The notes under the pieces: model-generated
Told to the model about the DNA's origin: nothing
Seen by the model: the letters and a program-made list of their open reading frames with translations, nothing else
The model's database searches: none
Translations under genes and position numbers: made by a program
NCBI RefSeq assembly: GCF_001194135.2
Contig: NC_068981.1
Location: forward strand, 13,643,543-13,707,542
DNA length: 64,000 nt
Direction of reading: 5' to 3'
Origin: Octopus bimaculoides
Taxonomy: Eukaryota
Shown here: piece by piece, positions 60,705-64,000 of the stretch
Layout of the letters: each line of letters opens with the position of its first letter
How positions within the stretch are numbered: the first letter of the stretch is position 1

Positions 60705-61170
60705 GGAATACAAAAAATAGGACATGAACGCAAAACGTCTAGACAGATGATACAAAAAGGGACAAGAAAAAACAAGGACGGGTCATTCGGAGTTTTCTTT
60801 CCTCAGTCGAGTTCTAGATTATCTTCGCAATTTCGGCTCGTTATACTCGAGATTGCTCCAATCTCGCCAGCCCCCAAAGAAAAACTAAGCTAAGAGCACT
60901 AGATTCATTTGAAGAAAGCAGCGAATGTATACGAAAACAGGGACGGAAAAAACGGAAAAATGGTACACAAATACAAGTCCAAATAACAAGACATTAACAG
61001 CAGGTGTCTTTCGACTAAGGACGAATTAAATTAAGCTGGTAAGTGTGGAAGTGAAGACTTACGGCAGGTACATTAGAGATGACAGGCATGGGGAGTAATA
61101 TAGATGTTGCACGGATGGTAGTCGAACCAAGAAAGAAAGATCAGGCTTGGTCGAACACCGGTCACGTGGA
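60700..61170. repeat. Unclassified structured segment abutting (TA)n, possibly a Penelope-like terminus
   Basis: Begins at the (TA)n tract 60660-60700 and contains the perfect stem cgagattg-ctc-caatctcg. Class not established. Confidence 0.3.
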
Positions 61171-62504
61171 GAGAGAGAGGAGAGAGGTAGAGGCAGACGG
61201 ATAGAAGAATAGGGACGGACGAGGAAAAAAGAAAAGGGACAGAGTATATGTATATATAAATAGAGAGAGGGAGAGAGAGAGATAAAGTGAGAGACAGACA
61301 GCCAGACAGAGTGTACGTTAAATATGAATATTATTATTTTAAAGCACGTTTAGGAATAACAGCGAATAACAAATGAAGTTTTAATGATAGCGCCACTCCA
61401 TACAGGAAAGAATCATACATGTTGGTATCCTTCCCCTTGTGAAAGAGAAAAAAAAATCTAAATTATCTTATATAATGGGTTCTTGTTTTTTTCCAACATG
61501 AGGAATATAACCATTGTTCTTAGGAGGTCGTGTGAGGTCATTTAATGTTCCCTCATCGGCAAGTCGTTTCGATTTAAAACCTAATAGTTACGCTTGTAAT
61601 GTTTTGTCTTTTTAAGATCTCACTTCTATTTTTCCATCAACCAAAAATGTTTTTCAATATTTTTACTTGGTCTAGTATTAAATGTTTTTCGGTTTCTTTT
61701 TTACCTCACAAAGTAGTTGTTTTAACGATAAAACAATTATAAGAAGTAATTATAGCTCTGCAGTAGCAACATGTTCTTAAGATAGAATCTAAAGAACTTC
61801 AATGCAACCTGAGGCTACTAATGAAGTATTTCCAGAAGATAAAGTCACAATGGCTCGTTAAGTTTACAGCCGAAAATAATTCATCTTTATTTTGACAGTT
61901 TTTCTCATTAACTTAAACAGAAGGTGGTCTGCTCTTTTTTTTCTCTTGTAGTGTGAAAAACTTACTGCTATTAAATATGATAGCACGTTTCGATGCCTTT
62001 TGGCTGCTGTCAGACTACGGACAAATGCTATGAGGGAATATTGCTTGAAATAGTCACTTTATTCTGGAATTTAAGCAAGGAGAGTTGATCACAATCATAT
62101 TTAATAAGGTAATTCTTTTCAGAAGTTATTCCTCAATCTATTCCATTTTACTACTGTCAATCATCCACGAGCAAGTTTTGGTTAATATAGAACAGAAAAG
62201 TTGATATGAATAAATGATGTTAGTACAACTTGTTCTGAATATTTTAAATAAGTCCAGTCATTCAAAATTAGAATATTAATCATGGTTTTACATCGCTCGT
62301 TATGTCAGTTTTGAGATTCGTAAGGGGACGAGCATGGATGGGAAGCATACTAAATTCTTTCGTCTGTTTCGCAATTTCGAATCTCGTAATTCTCATTTCA
62401 AATTTCAACAGAACTGGTTTTTTTTTGGTTTTTTGAAAGTAGGTTCGTAAAAAACAACAACAATAAGAAGCATCAAGGCGCAGACGTGACGTTACCGATA
62501 AGAA

Positions 62505-62805
62505 ACTCACTTGGCAATCACGTAGTTTCGAGTTCAGGCCCAATGCGCGGCACCGTGGACAAGTGTCTTCTACTGTAGTCCCAGGCTGGCAAATAGATGG
62601 TAAGTGAATTTTGTAGATGGAAACTGTGTGGAAGAATTTCAGCTGTGTGGTAAGAAGCTTGCTTACCAACCGCATTGTTTCCGGTTCAGTCCAACTTGAG
62701 CAAGTGGCACCTTCTGCAAATGACCTCTCCTATAGCCTTGGGCCGACCAAAGCCGTGTGAGTGGATTTGGTAGACCGAAACTTAAAGAAGCCCGTCGTAT
62801 ATATA

Positions 62806-62890
<85 letters not shown>

Positions 62891-63080
62891 GCGTGCGTGT
62901 GTTCCCCACTACCACCAACGCTTCACAACCGGTTTTGGTGTGTTTACGCCCCCGTAACTTAGCGGTTCGGCAAAAGTGACATAGAATAAGTACTGGGCTT
63001 ACAAAAAATAACTCCTGGGGCTGAGTTGTTCGACTAAAGGCGGTGCTCCAGCATAACTGCTGTCAAATGAAAAGTAAAAG
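62505..63080 (+). mobile_element. SINE family A with duplicated head
   Basis: Head-like blocks at 62505-62640 and 62641-62800, then (TG)n and tail to 63080. Confidence 0.85.
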
Positions 63081-63084
63081 AAAA

Positions 63085-63432
63085 CATACATAAAGGGTAA
63101 AGACCCCCTTCGATCATGAATGACCATGAAATTGCACCTAGGAAGTTCCCCTCCAAGGCACAAGTCTGGGCAAGGTTGTTTATAGAAGAACAACAGTCGC
63201 CCATGCACACCATCTTCACCTCTCGTCGCTACCGTCTTATCCAAGGGAAGGGCAAAGGGCGATACAGCTTGGCACCAGTAACGTCGCAACTCTATTTCTA
63301 TATCTGAGTAAACTGGAGCAACGTGAAGTAAAGTGTCTTGCTCAAGAACACAACACAGCCCAGTCTGGGAATCGAACTCACTATCTCATGATTATGAGCC
63401 TGACGCTCTAACTACTGACCCATGCCCCTTCA
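63085..63432 (-). mobile_element. SINE family E (family-C-like head and middle, different tail)
   Basis: Head ..gagttcgattcccagac, middle gtgttcttgagcaagacactttacttcacgttgctccag, tail ending ..cgaagggggtctttaccct. Confidence 0.8.
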
Positions 63433-63634
63433 CACACACATCTTCTGGTAATCGGTGTTAATTTGTTTACGTCATAGTTGGGCAAAAAAACCCGTAAATA
63501 CTGAGTGCGATTTGTTTGACGAAAATTCTTTCACGGTGGTGCCCCAGTATGGTCGTGGTTAAGTGACTGAAATAAGTAAATAATAAAAGATAATCCTTTT
63601 GGATTGGTAAATTCTAGTGATCAATATTCATGAG

Positions 63635-64000
63635 AAGGCGGCTGCGTGCTTGCTGAAACGTTAGCACGCCGAACAAAATGCTTAGCGGCATTTCGTCCGT
63701 CTTTACGTTCTGAGTTCAATTTCCACCGAGGTCGACTTTGTTCTTTATTAGTACCTGTTGATTAGTGGGGTCGATATAATCGACTTATGCCCTCACCGAA
63801 AATCCTGATCTTGTGCCAAAACTTCAAACCAATATTTATCAAAAGGAAGGCAGCGAGCTGGCAAACCGGGCGTAATGCTTAGCGGCTTTCCGTCCTCTTA
63901 TACATTGCGAGTTCAAATTTCACCGAGATCGATTTTACTTTTCACCATTTCGGGTATGATAAAATAAGTACCTTTTGAGCATTGGGTTTGATCCGATCGA
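63635..64000 (+). mobile_element. Two tandem SINE family B copies
   Basis: Heads at 63635 and 63847 (aaggcggc/aaggcagcgagctggc..gagttcaa.ttc..ccgag). Confidence 0.8.

Noticed and set aside
60810-60880. Three-way-junction-like stems with GAAA on the minus strand
   Set aside because: No CUGANGA core and no valid helix III or cleavage triplet.

Overview
AT-rich, gap-containing animal genomic DNA made mostly of microsatellites and decayed mobile elements. The repeat content suggests an octopus or other cephalopod draft assembly (inference, not checked by search). Most ORFs in the six-frame track are artefacts of simple repeats and N runs. Supported content: (1) ten fragments of R4/Dong-clade non-LTR retrotransposons, forming stacks in (TAA)n tracts with TAA on the element sense strand; (2) many copies of several modular tRNA-derived SINE families; (3) Tx1/L1, RTE, Penelope, mariner, hAT and Helitron-like remnants; (4) short candidate exons of an unidentified spliced plus-strand gene, best supported at 30020-30193, 56666-56785 and 57587-57665, with a long hairpin just after the predicted stop. 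The most unusual signal is a set of minimal type I hammerhead-ribozyme-like motifs of the Penelope kind. One forms the 3' part of a tRNA-headed SINE (two copies), and one of those copies appears to be an arm of a larger palindromic element running into a gap. Another occurs as a head-to-head palindromic pair. All alignments and translations were done by eye; no searches were run. No prokaryotic genes, CRISPR arrays, rRNA or intact tRNA genes were seen.
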